NCBI GenBank assembly: GCA_007132385.1
Contig: SLOU01000023.1
Location: forward strand, 1 to 55,145
Direction: 5' to 3'
DNA: 55,145 bases
Source of the DNA: Balneolaceae bacterium
Lineage (GTDB): Bacteria; Bacteroidota; Rhodothermia; Balneolales; Balneolaceae
The position numbers were made by a program, and so were the translations under genes. The notes beneath the pieces were generated by a model, which ran no database searches, was not told where the DNA came from, and worked only from the letters and a program-made list of their open reading frames with translations. Positions 1 through 9,096 of the stretch are shown here, one piece after another (the first letter of the stretch is position 1; each line of letters opens with the position of its first letter).

Positions 1-487
1 CCGTTCGAATTCAACCCCTGACCGAATCAACCGGTTTACCAAAATATAACTTCGGCTCACACAACGATCTGCTTATAACTTCCAACCTGTAAAAGAACAA
101 AATTTCGCCTGGACAGGGTATTGATTCTAATGATTTTAATAACCTGCCCAATGAACTATGATCACACACATTTCGTTTGTAATTCAGTTCAATTTATTTG
201 GCGAAAAGGATTACTAAGATAGAGCAAAAAAGGCATTCATGTCAACCTTTTTCGGGAAAAAAATAACAAAAATATTACAGCCGCGACCGGATACTTCCCA
301 AGCCTATTTCAAACAGTCAGTTAACCCCTTACCCGCTTCTTCCACCAAAATTATCAAGCCTGTTTTGCTGGTAACCGAATACCTTTTTTAATCATCCCTC
401 CCGTTTTTTTATAAAAATAGTGAACCGATTTGTCACATAATTGCGTTATGGCCGTATACATACAAAATCAGAATAAACTGAAAGAGA

Positions 488-1177
488 ATGCCGGAAAATA
501 TCACCCTGAAGATAAAAATTGCAGAACGGGCAGCCGACCTGTATATCGAGCAACCGGATTTCACCCTTAAATACCTATCCGGACAGATGAAGATTAAACC
601 GGCAGAGATGTATACACTCTTTCCGAACCGCCGAAACGTGTTACAGTTTGTATATGCCGCACAGCTTTATAAATACCGTGGGATCCGGAAGGATATCGAA
701 AATTTCGCATCCTATAGCCTGGCTGAAAAACTGAGCAACCTGGCTTATACACTCACAGACCTGCTGCTTGAACACCGGGAATTTACGGATCGTACTTTCG
801 ACCCCCTCATCCGTAACTGCTTTCAAACAACAGATTTTGAAAAACAGCTTGAAGAGGAAATAGCCGGATTTTTTAAGCACAACTCCTCGATCTCGACCTC
901 GGCATCCTTTCTTCTGCAACCTCTGTTTTTTAGATTGATTCGCAACCATTATCTGTGGCTGATCCGTTACTGGCTCAATGATGAAAGCCCCGGATTTGAA
1001 AATACAATGGCACTGACTGACAAATGGACCAATTTTATACAGGAAATTCTCTATAACAAAACCCTTGATAAAGGTTTCGACCTGGCGAAATTCATCGCTA
1101 TGCAGAGCGGTATCAAAGAATGGTTTTATCCCGGAAAACAGAAATCCCATCCATCGGCTGATCAGAAATCCCCATGA
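488..1177 (+). CDS. TetR/AcrR-like transcriptional regulator (putative)
   Basis: 229-aa ORF. The N-terminal segment (ERAADLYIEQPDFTLKYLSGQMKIKPAEMYTLFPNRRNVL) resembles the TetR_N helix-turn-helix, and the rest looks helical. Its stop overlaps the next start (ATGA at 1174-1177). Confidence 0.55.
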   Translation: MPENITLKIKIAERAADLYIEQPDFTLKYLSGQMKIKPAEMYTLFPNRRNVLQFVYAAQLYKYRGIRKDIENFASYSLAEKLSNLAYTLTDLLLEHREFTDRTFDPLIRNCFQTTDFEKQLEEEIAGFFKHNSSISTSASFLLQPLFFRLIRNHYLWLIRYWLNDESPGFENTMALTDKWTNFIQEILYNKTLDKGFDLAKFIAMQSGIKEWFYPGKQKSHPSADQKSP

Positions 1178-2493
1178 GCGATTTTCCATCTTCCAAATTC
1201 GACAGAGGTAAAATATTTGCAAAAACCGGCCTTAAGGTAGGCTCCAATTATGCAAGGCATTATCTCAGCAGGCCGTTTCAAAATAATCGTGATGAAAAAA
1301 AATCCGATCTGCACCGTTCTTCGGCCCAACAGATATTTTCCGAATTTACCAAACTGAGAGGCACCGCACTCAAAATTGCTCAATCGATGAGCATGGACCA
1401 GGGTTTTCTTCCGGATGAATTTGCCGAAGTTATGACCCAGGCCCAATACCGCGTTCCTCCTATCAATAAAGCCCTGGTGCGTTCGCTGATCAAAAAGGAG
1501 CTGGGCAAATATCCCGAACAGTTATTTAAACATTTCGAACCCGAGGCCCTTGCAGCAGCCTCCATCGGACAGGTACACCGGGCAACACTGCCGGATGACA
1601 CGGAGGTTGCAGTAAAAATTCAATACCCGGGCGTTCGGGATACCATAGAATCGGACCTGGCTATTGCCCGTGGGATCTTTCGCCAGCTGGTAACAAAAAA
1701 CAGCGATATAGACACCTATTTTGAGGAGATCAGATCAACGTTGCTGGAAGAAACCGACTATCTGCATGAAGGCCGTCAGATCGAATCGTTCCATGAATTG
1801 TTCGGTTCCGGAGATGTCATCACACCTCGCTGGCTGCCCGAATATTCAAGCCGTAAAGTGTTAACCATGAGCTTTATCCAAGGTGAACACCTGGGCGATT
1901 TTCTCAACCGTCATCCCTCGCAAGAGGAAAAAAACCGGTACGGTCAGCTTTTATGGGATTTTTTCCACCGCCAAATCGAAAAGAACGACCTGATACATGC
2001 CGACACGCACCCGGGCAATTTTCTTCTTACACCAGAACAAAAACTGGGCGTCATCGACTTTGGATGCGTAAAAAAATTTCCGGACGACTTTTTCCTGAAT
2101 TATCTAAGGTTGCTGCCCACCCACCTGCAACGCAATGAAGAGCAGATCATTGAACTTTATCTGGCGCTTGATGTGCTCAAAAGTCATCCCTCGGAGTCGG
2201 AAAAAGAACAGCTTTATTTTGAATTCTGTCGTAATTACGGTTATACATTTGCCATCCCTTACGAACGCTCCGATTTCAATTTCGGTGATCCCGGGTACAA
2301 AAATCTTATCCGATCCTACACCAAAAATGCACCGGTAAGTAATGAACCAAGAGGCAGTAAACACTTTATCTACAGTACCCGTGTACACCTGGGTCTTTAC
2401 CACCTTCTGATGAAACTCGAGGCGAATGTGAATACTGCCGATTCAAAAAAAATCGTATCCGATATGCTCAACCGCCAGAAAAAACGTGCATAA
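1174..2493 (+). CDS. ABC1/UbiB(AarF)-family atypical protein kinase
   Basis: 439 aa with ABC1 hallmarks: AAASIGQVHRATLPDDTEVAVKIQYPGV, LLEETDY, HADTHPGNFLL, GVIDFG. Confidence 0.85.
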   Translation: MSDFPSSKFDRGKIFAKTGLKVGSNYARHYLSRPFQNNRDEKKSDLHRSSAQQIFSEFTKLRGTALKIAQSMSMDQGFLPDEFAEVMTQAQYRVPPINKALVRSLIKKELGKYPEQLFKHFEPEALAAASIGQVHRATLPDDTEVAVKIQYPGVRDTIESDLAIARGIFRQLVTKNSDIDTYFEEIRSTLLEETDYLHEGRQIESFHELFGSGDVITPRWLPEYSSRKVLTMSFIQGEHLGDFLNRHPSQEEKNRYGQLLWDFFHRQIEKNDLIHADTHPGNFLLTPEQKLGVIDFGCVKKFPDDFFLNYLRLLPTHLQRNEEQIIELYLALDVLKSHPSESEKEQLYFEFCRNYGYTFAIPYERSDFNFGDPGYKNLIRSYTKNAPVSNEPRGSKHFIYSTRVHLGLYHLLMKLEANVNTADSKKIVSDMLNRQKKRA

Positions 2494-2498
2494 AGAAA

Positions 2499-5024
2499 CT
2501 ACTGAACTTTTATGCAGAGAAGGGTTGTATCGTCTGCCAGGTTATTATTGCTAAACTCTTCAATCCTTTTTTTAACCTCTGTTGCAATCACTCGGGCTGA
2601 TTTTTGATCCGTTTCAACAGATTCAATAAATCTAAGCATCGTTTCGAAACCGAACCGATCGCCATCTGCATCGGTAGCTTCGGGAAATCCGTCTGAATAA
2701 AATAGCAGCAGATCACCCGGTTGAAGTTCAACTTCCGACTGCCTGTATGCAACAAATTCACGGACACCGAGTGGATAACGGGGTTCATCGGATGGTAAAA
2801 ACCGGGCTTGTCCGGCTCGCTTAAGTATAGGATTACAGTGCCCGGCATTGGACAATCTCAGCTTGCGCATTACCGGTTCATAACGAGCGAGTTGACAGGT
2901 TATAAATGTTTTTTGATCGGTCTTTTCATATATGACCGAAGAAATTTCACGTAAAATGTTCGCCGGTTCATCGGTATACATTCGTGAACGCAACAAACCG
3001 CACATAAAGACAGCAAGCATGGCCGCTCTCATTGCCTTGCCGGATACATCGACAATAGCGATCGACAACTCTTCTTCCCCTTTCAGGTTTTTGGTGATCA
3101 CATAATCAAAATAATCACCACCGACTTCGGAAGACGGTATAAAATAGCCAAAAAGTTCTACTCCCTGAATGTCCGGAGCTTCAAGTGGCATCAGTTTTTC
3201 CTGTGTCTGTCTGGCGATCTGCAATTCGTTTTCGATGCGAAGTGTCCGGATCATCTTCTCCTCATACTCCGGAACATATTTTTCGAATTCAGAGACCATC
3301 GGCCCGTTCCGGTATGAGATCAATCCAAAAACAAACGGTACTGTAATAAAAAGACCCTGGATCCAGGCCACATGGGACACTTCGAAAGAAGGAGAGCCGG
3401 CATAGGGAAGTATTGCAATGATAGATGCCATCATCCATAACCCTGCAAACACACTGATTACCCCACTTTCCCTGTAGGCATAAAATAAGGGGACAGCCAA
3501 AACCACAAACATAAGTGCCTCATTAAAAATCGTTCCATTCGTTGCAAAAAACCGGCCAACCACGGATAACAGAATTCCTCCAATCAGAATACTTACTCCC
3601 ATTACAATCAATGAGTGTTTTATTCTTTTATGAAAGAAATTGTACAGTATTCCAATCATGGCCACTGAAATAAGTGCAGCAGAAACAATTACAGAGAGGT
3701 TGATGGTAAGCAATCTCGGTTTATTCATCGGTTCTGTAAATCCGAATTGGCTATCCATCTGAAAAAGATACAGACCTGAACCATACACCATGATTGCGGT
3801 GAGTCCAAGTAAAATACCTCCCAAAGAATATCCTTTTACAATGGATTCGCCGGTTTCCCTGAAATAAAATTTCCCCTGCCAAAATGCATCGATCAGGTTA
3901 ATCTGAAACTTTTTTTCCCTCCGGGCATACGCTTCCCAACCGATATATGCCAGGGCGGCAAAAAGACCCATAACAAAACCATAAATCAACTGGTTGATTT
4001 GAACGACAAAATTGGCCTGCGTGGTAAGTATGTCGGTAAAATTCAACAGGTAAAGTGCCCGCCAGCCAAATGTTCCGATCAGTATAACGAGACTCACAAA
4101 AAGAACCCGCTTCCAGTCAACCCTCCCCTTGAACATTTGCCCCAACCCTTCAATAAAAACAAAAAGAGTTATAAGCGCGATGCCGATAAAGAAAAATATG
4201 ACAAAATCCTCGGCGATACTGGTTGCCGGCAGTTGTTCCAATTCGTGATAGGCTTCAAAATGAACCACAGATGCACCCGCAATTTCCCGATAACCTTCGT
4301 CGCTATGTTCCTGAAAAATTACCGGTTGAAGCTCAACTTCTATAAACCTTTCATAGCCGTCATCAGACTGTTTTTTTTGCCATCTAAAATGATTGAGATT
4401 ACCTGTTGGCGTAAGCTGTTGTAATGAAAACTCCTCGGTTTCGGGATCATATACGTCAGCCGCACCCTCAGTTACATCTTCACCCATAAATTCATATTCC
4501 TGCAAGTCGTAGGAAAAAATATCCTCGATCACCATTCTCGCAATCTCGGGCAGTGAATCCCCTTCGACAAAAGAATTCCCCCCTCGTTCACGATTCATGG
4601 TAAAGCGTTTTAAATGACCACGGTTATCAAATTCGGTGCGATAGATCCCACTTGCATTGTAAATGGAACCAGCCGTAAGATTAAAACTGTCGTTCAGGTC
4701 CAATACCCCGGCAGTGATGACCTCCCACCCATGCAGATAAAAATTTTGTGCGTTGAACTGTGAAGCAAGCGGGACATTTTCTTTCAGAGAATCCCTTAAA
4801 CTCTGATAAAGGCCGTATTTTTGTTGCCGAAATGCAATAACACCAAGTGTATCCGTTTCAATATTTAGCGGTTGAAGAATGGATGTGCTCAGCTCAACTG
4901 CCTTGTCACCGGAATATTGAATTGTTGCATCAGCCAGGAAATCAATTTCACTTCGAAGCAAAAAGAACAGGAGTAGTCCTGCAATGCCGGGAATCAGCCA
5001 ATAGATCAGTCGATTTTGAACCAT
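2499..5024 (-). CDS. Membrane-bound PP2C/SpoIIE-family serine phosphatase (RsbU-like) with a large N-terminal extracytoplasmic domain and a multi-TM region
   Basis: 841 aa: N-terminal TM, a ~270-aa soluble region, about 8-10 predicted hydrophobic helices, then a C-terminal PP2C_2/SpoIIE pattern (GGDYFDY, IVDVSGKAMRAAM, LLFYSDGFPEA, ADDTTLLCIKV). Confidence 0.85.
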   Translation of the reverse strand: MVQNRLIYWLIPGIAGLLLFFLLRSEIDFLADATIQYSGDKAVELSTSILQPLNIETDTLGVIAFRQQKYGLYQSLRDSLKENVPLASQFNAQNFYLHGWEVITAGVLDLNDSFNLTAGSIYNASGIYRTEFDNRGHLKRFTMNRERGGNSFVEGDSLPEIARMVIEDIFSYDLQEYEFMGEDVTEGAADVYDPETEEFSLQQLTPTGNLNHFRWQKKQSDDGYERFIEVELQPVIFQEHSDEGYREIAGASVVHFEAYHELEQLPATSIAEDFVIFFFIGIALITLFVFIEGLGQMFKGRVDWKRVLFVSLVILIGTFGWRALYLLNFTDILTTQANFVVQINQLIYGFVMGLFAALAYIGWEAYARREKKFQINLIDAFWQGKFYFRETGESIVKGYSLGGILLGLTAIMVYGSGLYLFQMDSQFGFTEPMNKPRLLTINLSVIVSAALISVAMIGILYNFFHKRIKHSLIVMGVSILIGGILLSVVGRFFATNGTIFNEALMFVVLAVPLFYAYRESGVISVFAGLWMMASIIAILPYAGSPSFEVSHVAWIQGLFITVPFVFGLISYRNGPMVSEFEKYVPEYEEKMIRTLRIENELQIARQTQEKLMPLEAPDIQGVELFGYFIPSSEVGGDYFDYVITKNLKGEEELSIAIVDVSGKAMRAAMLAVFMCGLLRSRMYTDEPANILREISSVIYEKTDQKTFITCQLARYEPVMRKLRLSNAGHCNPILKRAGQARFLPSDEPRYPLGVREFVAYRQSEVELQPGDLLLFYSDGFPEATDADGDRFGFETMLRFIESVETDQKSARVIATEVKKRIEEFSNNNLADDTTLLCIKVQ

Positions 5025-5180
5025 CTCTCCGGGTGTTCTTTATTGGGAATTTCAAAGTTATACTCCTCAACTCCACATATTTATGATTTCCAAATACTAA
5101 TGTACTGTGGAATGATACGTATCCTTGTAGCAGAAGTTACTTAAAAATGACTCAACAGCAGGTCAAAAGCAATAATCATT

Positions 5181-5208
5181 AAAAAACCCGGGCTTTATGA
5201 AGTCCGGG
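5181..5208 (-). terminator. Rho-independent terminator downstream of the bacilliredoxin gene
   Basis: 9-bp stem (5187-5195 / 5200-5208) with a 4-nt loop, followed on the minus strand by a U-run (aaaaaa at 5181-5186 on plus). Confidence 0.65.
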
Positions 5209-5248
5209 CCTGTAAAATGATTTCAGATTCGGTAATAATAGATAATAT

Positions 5249-5704
5249 CTATTCTGCTTCAGCTTCTTTCTTGTCAGCAAAAGCATCAAAAACCATCAGC
5301 AGATCCTGAGCAACTTCTTCACTTGTTCGACCTTCAATACGGTGGCGTGGAATCATCGCTTTCACTTCACCGTTAACAAAGTAGGCAAAAGCCGGTGAGG
5401 AAGGTGGATAATCACTAAAATAATCCCTTGCATGAGCTGTTGCTTCCTTGTCCTGGCCAGCAAATACGGTTGCAAGATGATCCGGCTTGTGCGGTGATTT
5501 TTCCAGCGCGATTTTGAGGCCTGGCCTGGCATTCCCGGCTGCGCAGCCACAGACCGAATTAATCACCAATAGCATGGTTCCTTTACCATGTTGCTTCATC
5601 GCCTGATCAACTTCTTCAGGTGTTGTCAGTTCTTCAACACCAAGATCGGTAAGTTCCTTTCTCATCCACGAGGTGTCGGGGCCGATTCCAAATCCAAATT
5701 GCAT
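5249..5704 (-). CDS. Bacilliredoxin (BrxA/BrxB, YphP/YqiW family, DUF1094)
   Basis: 151 aa that aligns by eye along its length with Bacillus YphP. It has VINSVCGCAAGNARP (CGC redox motif), TVFAGQDKEATA, PSSP and IPRHRIEG. Confidence 0.85.
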   Translation of the reverse strand: MQFGFGIGPDTSWMRKELTDLGVEELTTPEEVDQAMKQHGKGTMLLVINSVCGCAAGNARPGLKIALEKSPHKPDHLATVFAGQDKEATAHARDYFSDYPPSSPAFAYFVNGEVKAMIPRHRIEGRTSEEVAQDLLMVFDAFADKKEAEAE

Positions 5705-5880
5705 AATTTTTTATGATTTAATGATACTTTGTTTCTGTTTTACAATATACGAATTTTAAACCATTCTCGTATAACTGTATACAAACAAATGGCCAGCCTG
5801 CCTTTGCAGGCTGGGTGTGGTCCAGATTCGGATTGAGTAACTGAAAGATAAGAGGGATTGTAGCGCCGGATACAAATGAA

Positions 5881-5912
5881 AAAGGCACCTTTACATAGAT
5901 AAAGGCGCCTTT
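5881..5912 (-). terminator. Putative terminator hairpin downstream of the superoxide dismutase gene
   Basis: aaaggcaccttt / aaaggcgccttt arms give about 12 bp (one G-U in the minus-strand RNA) with an 8-nt loop, followed on minus by UUCAUUUGU. A second hairpin lies at 5793-5814 (ccagcctgc..gcaggctgg). Confidence 0.5.
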
Positions 5913-5933
5913 CTATTTTCTGTGTCAATTTCA

Positions 5934-6545
5934 TCAGGATGTTGCTGATTCGTAATTTTCAGCAACTTTTTCCCAATTGACAATATTCCAAAAAGAATTG
6001 ATATAATCAGGCCTGCGGTTTTGATAATTCAGATAGTATGCGTGCTCCCACACATCGAGTCCGAGTATGGGTGTTAATCCGTTCATGTACGGACTGTCCT
6101 GATTAGGTGTTGAAACGACCTTTAGGTCTCCTTTTTTATCCACACAGAGCCAACCCCACCCGGAGCCGAATTGGCCAGCTGAGGAGTTACTGAATGTTTC
6201 CTTAAACTTTTCGAAACTGCCAAAAGTGCTATCAATCGCTGAAGCGAGTTCACCATCGGGTTCACCGCCACCGTTTGGAGAAAGAATTTCCCAAAATAAT
6301 TTATGATTGGCATATCCTCCGCCGTTATTAATGACTGCCTGTCTTTTGTCTTCTGGTACTTCAGTGATTCTTTTCAATACCTCTTCGATCGGCAGCTCGG
6401 CAAAAGGGTGACCCTCCAGTGCTGCATTCACTTTATTTGTATATCCCTGATGATGCTTGGTATGATGAATTTTCATCGTTCGTTCATCAATGTGCGGTTC
6501 CAGTGCATCGTACTTATAAGGAAGATCTGGAAGTTGATAAGCCAT
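5934..6545 (-). CDS. sodA: Fe/Mn-family superoxide dismutase
   Basis: 203 aa: [47 protein letters not shown]. The metal specificity (Mn versus Fe) cannot be decided by eye. Confidence 0.9.
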   Translation of the reverse strand: MAYQLPDLPYKYDALEPHIDERTMKIHHTKHHQGYTNKVNAALEGHPFAELPIEEVLKRITEVPEDKRQAVINNGGGYANHKLFWEILSPNGGGEPDGELASAIDSTFGSFEKFKETFSNSSAGQFGSGWGWLCVDKKGDLKVVSTPNQDSPYMNGLTPILGLDVWEHAYYLNYQNRRPDYINSFWNIVNWEKVAENYESATS

Positions 6546-6764
6546 TTTTAGTATCCCTTTATGTTAAATTTAAGATTTCAATTGTTCCTAACAATTTTAA
6601 CGACAACATGTTAGTCGCTGTTGTCGGTACCACATAATCAAATAACATCTCCTATTCGTTCCCTCAAAACAAAAGGTTCGGAAAAATAAAATAAAAATGT
6701 AATCATATTCCGATTATCACTGTCTATCTTTCATTTTTCTTCTATCTTTTGCCCTTACCCATTC

Positions 6765-8228
6765 ATGCAAAAAAAGTACTTTATGACTTTTGACTATGAT
6801 CTGATTGTTGTTGGCTGTGGACCGGCCGGTTTTTCCTGTGCAATGCAAAGTTCTAAATTTGACAAAAAAGTTTTGGTGGTCGAAGCCAATTCCGATCATC
6901 TTGGAGGTACCTGGATCAATACCGGCACGATCCCAAGCAAAGCTATTCGCGAGGCTGCAAAGACCATTCACCGGTTTCATTCACAGTTTGGCGATGAAAA
7001 AGGCCGTCGGCCCTTTGAACGATTTCAAATGGAAGATCTGCTGCAGTATCAACAGGCCATCCTCGAGTCTAAAAACAGAAAAGTCAAAGAAGATCTAATC
7101 AAAAATGAAGTTGATACGGTACGTGGTTTCGGTCGTCTGACAGACCCTCACACTGTGGAAGTAACCGATACAGACGGATCCAAAAAATCATACAGTGCTG
7201 AAAAGATTCTTCTTTCGACCGGTAGTAAACCCCGTCCACCTGCTAATAAGATCGCTTCCAATACAGAAATCCTGGACTATGAGAGTATTCTCGATTTGAC
7301 CCACATTCCCCGCAGGCTCGTCATAATGGGAGGTGGGATCAACGCTTTTGAATACGCCACTATTTTTGGTTCTCTGGGCACACGAATTACTATACTGAAT
7401 GACCAGCAAGATTACCTGACCTATCTTGATCACGAAATAAAAGAAGAACTTAAAAAAGCAATTGCAAAACGTCAGATTACCGTTTGGAATGGAGTAACAG
7501 TTAATAAAATTGAAAAAAATGACCTCCGAAATTGTCGGGAAGTCTGGTTTAAAACCAATCAGGAAGACCGGATACAGGTCATTGAAACGGAACATATCCT
7601 TTATTTTGGCGGCTATGAACCTAACACGAAGGATATCGGCCTGGAGGAACAGGGTATTGGCCTTACGGAGGAAAAATTTATTCCGGTGAGTGAACACTAT
7701 CAGACCCGGGTGGAATCCGTATACGCTGCCGGAGATGTGATCGGATTTCCGACACTGGCATCCGTATCATTCGTACAGGGCAGACTGGCCTCCTGTCACA
7801 TGTTTGATATCCCGTCGAAAAATTCTTCTGATAACATCCCATTCGGTATCTATACGATTCCGGAAATGGCTGGAATCGGATTAACTGAAAAGGATGCAGA
7901 GAAACTCGATCTGGAAGTAACGGTTGGCCGTGCATCTTACGAAAATGTCACTCAGGCCGATCTAAACCACATCAATGAAGGGTTATTGAAGCTCGTCTTT
8001 TCAACCAAGGACCTGAAACTGCTAGGTGTTCATATTATCGGAGAAAATGCCACAGATCTGATTCATATAGGACAAAGTGTAATGACCTCTAATGGCGATA
8101 TACGATATTTCATCCAAAATGTGATTAACTATCCGTCATTTACCGAAGCGTACCGGATTGCCGCTTTCAATGGTGTAAACAGAGTCTATAAAGCCGGAGT
8201 TAAATACCGAAACATTTTAAACAGTTAA
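6765..8228 (+). CDS. sthA: Soluble pyridine nucleotide transhydrogenase-like flavoprotein (SthA/UdhA family)
   Basis: 487 aa. It matches E. coli SthA by eye: YDLIVVGCGPAG, GTIPSKAIREAA, AAGDVIGFPTLASVSFVQGR, GIYTIPEMAGIGLTE, NYPSFTEAYRIAAFNG. The true start may be the ATG at 6783 (MTFDYD...). Confidence 0.75.
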   Translation: MQKKYFMTFDYDLIVVGCGPAGFSCAMQSSKFDKKVLVVEANSDHLGGTWINTGTIPSKAIREAAKTIHRFHSQFGDEKGRRPFERFQMEDLLQYQQAILESKNRKVKEDLIKNEVDTVRGFGRLTDPHTVEVTDTDGSKKSYSAEKILLSTGSKPRPPANKIASNTEILDYESILDLTHIPRRLVIMGGGINAFEYATIFGSLGTRITILNDQQDYLTYLDHEIKEELKKAIAKRQITVWNGVTVNKIEKNDLRNCREVWFKTNQEDRIQVIETEHILYFGGYEPNTKDIGLEEQGIGLTEEKFIPVSEHYQTRVESVYAAGDVIGFPTLASVSFVQGRLASCHMFDIPSKNSSDNIPFGIYTIPEMAGIGLTEKDAEKLDLEVTVGRASYENVTQADLNHINEGLLKLVFSTKDLKLLGVHIIGENATDLIHIGQSVMTSNGDIRYFIQNVINYPSFTEAYRIAAFNGVNRVYKAGVKYRNILNS

Positions 8229-8248
8229 CCTCCGGCCTATCCGTTCAG

Positions 8249-8956
8249 TTACAAGTAGTGTATAGCCATTCTCAGGCCTGAACTGTCAACTTCAGGATTA
8301 TCAGGAAGAGTCCGTATCGGTTTGTCAATAGAATTTTTTGCCCCATATGCCAAAGCCATCGCATCCACGATATCATTTTCTTCCACCTCATTTCGGCGAA
8401 ATTCTTCCTTGATCTCTCTAAAAAAATCAGCCGCAATCGGTTCGAACTCGGCAACCAGCTCCAAACGGTGTTTCAAGCCTTTTTTGGTATTTTTTTTCTG
8501 ATAAATCATTCCGCCGTTCAGGTTCATAAACAGTAATTCGGGGTGACTTTCCATCACTTTTTCTTGATACGCCGGTTCCTCTTGTAATAAACGGTCAACC
8601 GTTTTGATTTTCGGAGTGATATTCCATGCCTGCAATGAGAGTTTCTTTTCAGTGTACTCATAGCTTTGCATGTTCGCCTCCACATAGGTCGGTGCGTGCA
8701 AAGCCGGACGAATCGGTGGGCTGAACACCGAGGATGCATATTCAGATCCGAGCTTTTGTCTTAAAAGCTGATCACAGGTGCGAGTATACGTTTCATCATT
8801 CAGGCCTATCGGTATATCAATAAACAGCCGGTCGAACTTTTTAAATACAGTTTCGAGATCCTGGTCTGAGCGGAGAACCTCGTACTTTGCGTCCTTGTCA
8901 TCGAATGTAATCAATAACCAGCCGGCTTTGCAGCCATCAATTCCTGCAGTTTTCAA
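8249..8956 (-). CDS. DUF429-like protein (predicted RNase H-fold)
   Basis: 235 aa. The N-terminus MKTAGIDGCKAGWLLI is typical of DUF429, identified from memory of the family pattern only. Confidence 0.5.
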   Translation of the reverse strand: MKTAGIDGCKAGWLLITFDDKDAKYEVLRSDQDLETVFKKFDRLFIDIPIGLNDETYTRTCDQLLRQKLGSEYASSVFSPPIRPALHAPTYVEANMQSYEYTEKKLSLQAWNITPKIKTVDRLLQEEPAYQEKVMESHPELLFMNLNGGMIYQKKNTKKGLKHRLELVAEFEPIAADFFREIKEEFRRNEVEENDIVDAMALAYGAKNSIDKPIRTLPDNPEVDSSGLRMAIHYL

Positions 8957-9096
8957 TAGTTGTACGATTTGTTGTTAACGGATTGAATATATCTCTGGAC
9001 TACATCCATCGCCTATATTATGTATGAATTTTGCTACGGGAAAGTGATAACACCTACTAAACTGACAACTAGCAACTTGATTGTTCATTATCCCTT

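Noticed and set aside
1-40. gttcgaat at the window start, reminiscent of a tRNA T-loop
   Set aside because: The flanking bases do not form a T-stem or acceptor stem, so it is probably a chance match.
239-391. 50-codon ORF (MSTFFGKKITKILQPRPDTSQAYF...) in the 487-nt ORF-poor leader at the window start
   Set aside because: It has no recognisable motif, start context or terminator, so it cannot be supported from sequence alone. The region may simply be a promoter/leader or the flank of a gene lying outside the window.
641-1446. 193-aa and 94-aa minus-strand ORFs over the TetR-like/ABC1 junction
   Set aside because: They are antisense to two plus-strand genes that are linked by an ATGA overlap, and they show no motif support.
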